Assembly (NCBI GenBank): GCA_016748015.1
Contig: JAAOMT010000309.1
Location: 1-64,000, forward strand
Origin: Geosiphon pyriformis uo1
Lineage: Eukaryota; Fungi; Glomeromycota
DNA: 64,000 bases
Reading direction: 5' to 3'
Part shown: in pieces, positions 61,375 to 64,000 of the stretch
How positions within the stretch are numbered: the first letter of the stretch is position 1
Layout: every line of letters starts with the position of its first letter
Program-made: the position numbers and the translations under genes
Notes under the pieces: generated by a model
Seen by the model: only the letters and a program-made list of their open reading frames with translations
Database searches by the model: none
Told to the model about the DNA's origin: nothing

Positions 61375-61896
61375 TTTTTTTTTATTAATTAATTTAACAA
61401 GCGAAGTCCAAATACTGTCTAGTAACAATACATCAAAATAATAATCTATACTGAGTATAAATCATGCTTTTCTTATATGTAACTAGTCATTCAAGCCAGC
61501 CAGAACTATACTATACACCCATGTATACAGAAACCAAATTATCTATACCTAAAAAAAACTGACAAAAATTATGCAATCCAAAACTAACACCAAATACATT
61601 GTCAATACCAAACAACCTAATCACATAGGCTGAAAGCATTGACATGCCACTAGACACTTAGACAGAAATCAAACCATTGTAAAGGATTAAATTATGTTTC
61701 TTCATAAAAACACAATGTTTGGAGCAGACCAGCCAAATATTATTTCTAAAAGACAAGCACAAATTATAAACAAATTTAACCACCTTATCAGATGCAGTCT
61801 TAGAGTTATTAAAGCAGGAAACAGCCTCTTGATATCAATACACGAGCACAAAACCTTTGCACAGTGAAGCAACCAGTTCCAAATCAGTCAAACAGG
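61375..61896 (-). mobile_element. LINE subfamily 3, 3' end
   Basis: LCKGFVLVY*YQEAVSCF...IWLVCSKHCVFMKKHNLI...VSVYMGV*, the conserved 3'UTR, and poly(T) at 61375-61383. Confidence 0.85.
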
Positions 61897-63500
61897 AAAT
61901 AATTGGATCCCAGAGGCCTAGTTCTCTTATGGTTTATACTAGTTTCAGATTTTGTTAAGAGTGGTGGTTTAGTTAAAGGTTCCTTTTCTGCTTTTGAGTC
62001 CTCTTTTAAGTTGAAAGTTTCTGATACAGACCACTTTGGTTTCATCTGTTCTAGTTTAAAAGATTCTTTTTTGCTGGTGATCTTAGTTTATACTGATGGT
62101 TTTGTTAAAGACTTCGGTATTTCTGATGCTGTCAGAGGGACTACTGCCTATTTTTCTGATCTGGGTTTGCACATGGGTGTGGAAGTCCATGGTTTGCTAT
62201 CATTTATCCTAGCTAAAATGCAGGCTGTTGCTCTGGCTCTTGAGTGCATTCCAGCCTCCTCGAATGTTACAGTTTTTTTTGACAATCAGGCTTTCTTGGA
62301 TGCTTGTCAGACCAAGTTGAGGTTGATAGCCCCAGATTTTTACAACAGATGCTGAATAGAACACTGTCATATTAGCAATTTGGTCAAATATAAAAACATT
62401 TCTGTCATCTGGACAAAGGTAAAGAGTCACTTTGGTGTGTTGGGCAATAAGTGTGCTGATAGGTTGGCTAATCTAGTCACATTGTCAAGACTTGTTTTTT
62501 CAGCCAATGTCAAAAAAAAATTCTTAATGGCAGATGGTAAGGTGATTTCTGGCAATGCATGCCACTTTGTCAGAACAACAAATAATACTGTTAGATGTTT
62601 TCAGTAAGAATTTAGACCTGGTTCAAGCATTGTGAATCCTTTGTAGGTCAAGAACATAAATTGAGTTTGTACTGCCTTGGTCTGGCACCCTGATTCTCAC
62701 ATGTCTGCAGGATATACAAGTAGAACCACCACTGGTTTACACACATATTTAATGAAAGCTTTACACAGGAGACTACCTATAGCTGTCAGAAAACACTTAT
62801 ATGATCAAAGTTATCTTAGTGTATTATGCATACATTGTAGGGAGGTGGATTTTTCAGATCATAGTTTTGTTTGTCACTTGGATTTTTTGATGCATCAGAG
62901 TTTGATAAGTGAGCATTTCTCTCTTTGGAAATTTCTTACCAGGACAAACTTGTCATTATCTGTGATTCTGCAGTCTCTGGCTTCTTCTGTGTCTGATGTT
63001 GGTCTCTACACTGTTTTGTGCAAAAGTTTCGTGTTTGAAGATTGGCTGGTAGATGCTAAAGCATCTTTTGTAGATATTAAGCTTGCAATGTCTAATCTAG
63101 TCAAGTTTGTTTGGAGTTTGGTTGTTGGCCATAGGGAGTGAATTTGGGTGTTTAATTCAAAACTTCAAGCTAAGATAGAGTGTCATGGATTGTTATATGC
63201 AAATGGGTTTTTATATAATATCATTTGGAGTATTTTTACTAAGATTTCAAGTAGTATTGCTCACTTACTAAGAATTGAGAGAGGTCACATGACCAACTTT
63301 GGCCTAAGTACTGGCCATTTGTTTTTTGCTGGTACTATCAGTGAAGTTACAGTGAATATAGTTGCATAGTGTAGTCTTGATTGGCTGAGTGGCTAGTCAC
63401 ATATAGCAAAAGCATGAATCACATTTAATTTAGAACTTTAGATAGTTGTATTATATTAGATAGTGATTGGGCTTCACTCATTAAATTAATAAAAAAAAAA
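61895..63500 (+). mobile_element. LINE subfamily 2, copy e (RNase H to poly(A)), same 3' flank as copies a and d
   Basis: ORFs 61903-62355, 62677-63141 and 63148-63369. The flank 63501-63752 matches 16314-16567. Confidence 0.93.
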
Positions 63501-63870
63501 TTAAAAAAATTATTATGTTGTTAAACTTTGTAAATTCTAATTTGCTTTGAATTATTATATTAAGTTTCCTGTTTTTATATATATAAATAATTTTATTGTT
63601 AATAAAAATTATATTTTTTAAATATTCTAAAACACTTTTTTGGAAAAATTGTTTAAATTATTTAATTATTAATAATATTTTAAGTTTAAATCCAATTATT
63701 GTTAAGTTTTAAGTAGATATAATTATAGAAAAAAAATTTTTTTTATTTGTATTTACAAGTGAAATTCAATTATTATTTAATATAATACAATTATCTAAAA
63801 TTCTAAATTAAATATAATTTATATACTTGCTATATGTGACCAATTATTCAGCCAATTAAAACTATACTAT

Positions 63871-63891
63871 TGTTATGAATTGAAGTAACAA
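63871..63891 (-). repeat. Terminus of the Gypsy-A LTR (same junction as 17406)
   Basis: 63802-63891 is identical to 17337-17426. Confidence 0.85.
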
Positions 63892-64000
63892 NNNNNNNNN
63901 NNNNNNNNNNNTATTTTCTTAGAGAGTTCCTCCCCTAATCACGTTACTCTTTTCTCTAATGTTTCTGTCTTATTTTCCTCCATTACCATGTTAACCATTT

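Noticed and set aside
63911-64000. Minus-strand MVNMVMEENKTETLEKRVT*LGEELSKKI, possibly a gag fragment
   Set aside because: Only 90 bp with no diagnostic motif.

Overview
A gapped eukaryotic scaffold (mostly 20-N gaps) made almost entirely of nested, decayed transposable elements. I see no intact host gene, RNA gene or CRISPR array. Contents: (1) at least three subfamilies of a ~6.8-kb LINE, with ORF1 carrying a CCHC knuckle and ORF2 carrying an APE endonuclease, RT (FVDD), RNase H and a C-terminal Cys/His motif. There is one full-length copy with a TSD, five overlapping versions of a second subfamily, and very AT-rich fossils. (2) At least three or four Ty3/Gypsy lineages, which I label A-D. 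LTRs, PBS, PPT, 4-bp TSDs and an empty-site paralog allow the nesting order to be reconstructed. Lineage B carries a five-motif dUTPase and a Cys-rich insert between protease and RT. Lineages B and D appear to encode integrase as a separate ORF. All lineages have a related unannotated ORF between integrase and the PPT. (3) A Tc1/mariner fossil, a duplicated intron-containing PD-(D/E)XK-like pseudogene, and an 87-bp palindrome centred on TGACGTCA inside a CpG-retaining island. Paralogous copies differ almost only by C>T/G>A transitions, in all dinucleotide contexts I inspected (RIP-like, but not restricted to CpA). The TE proteins resemble what I recall from Glomeromycotina fungi such as Geosiphon; this is unverified. 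A perfect Nextera/Tn5 mosaic end at 46103-46121 and exactly duplicated contig ends show that part of the arrangement is an assembly artefact.
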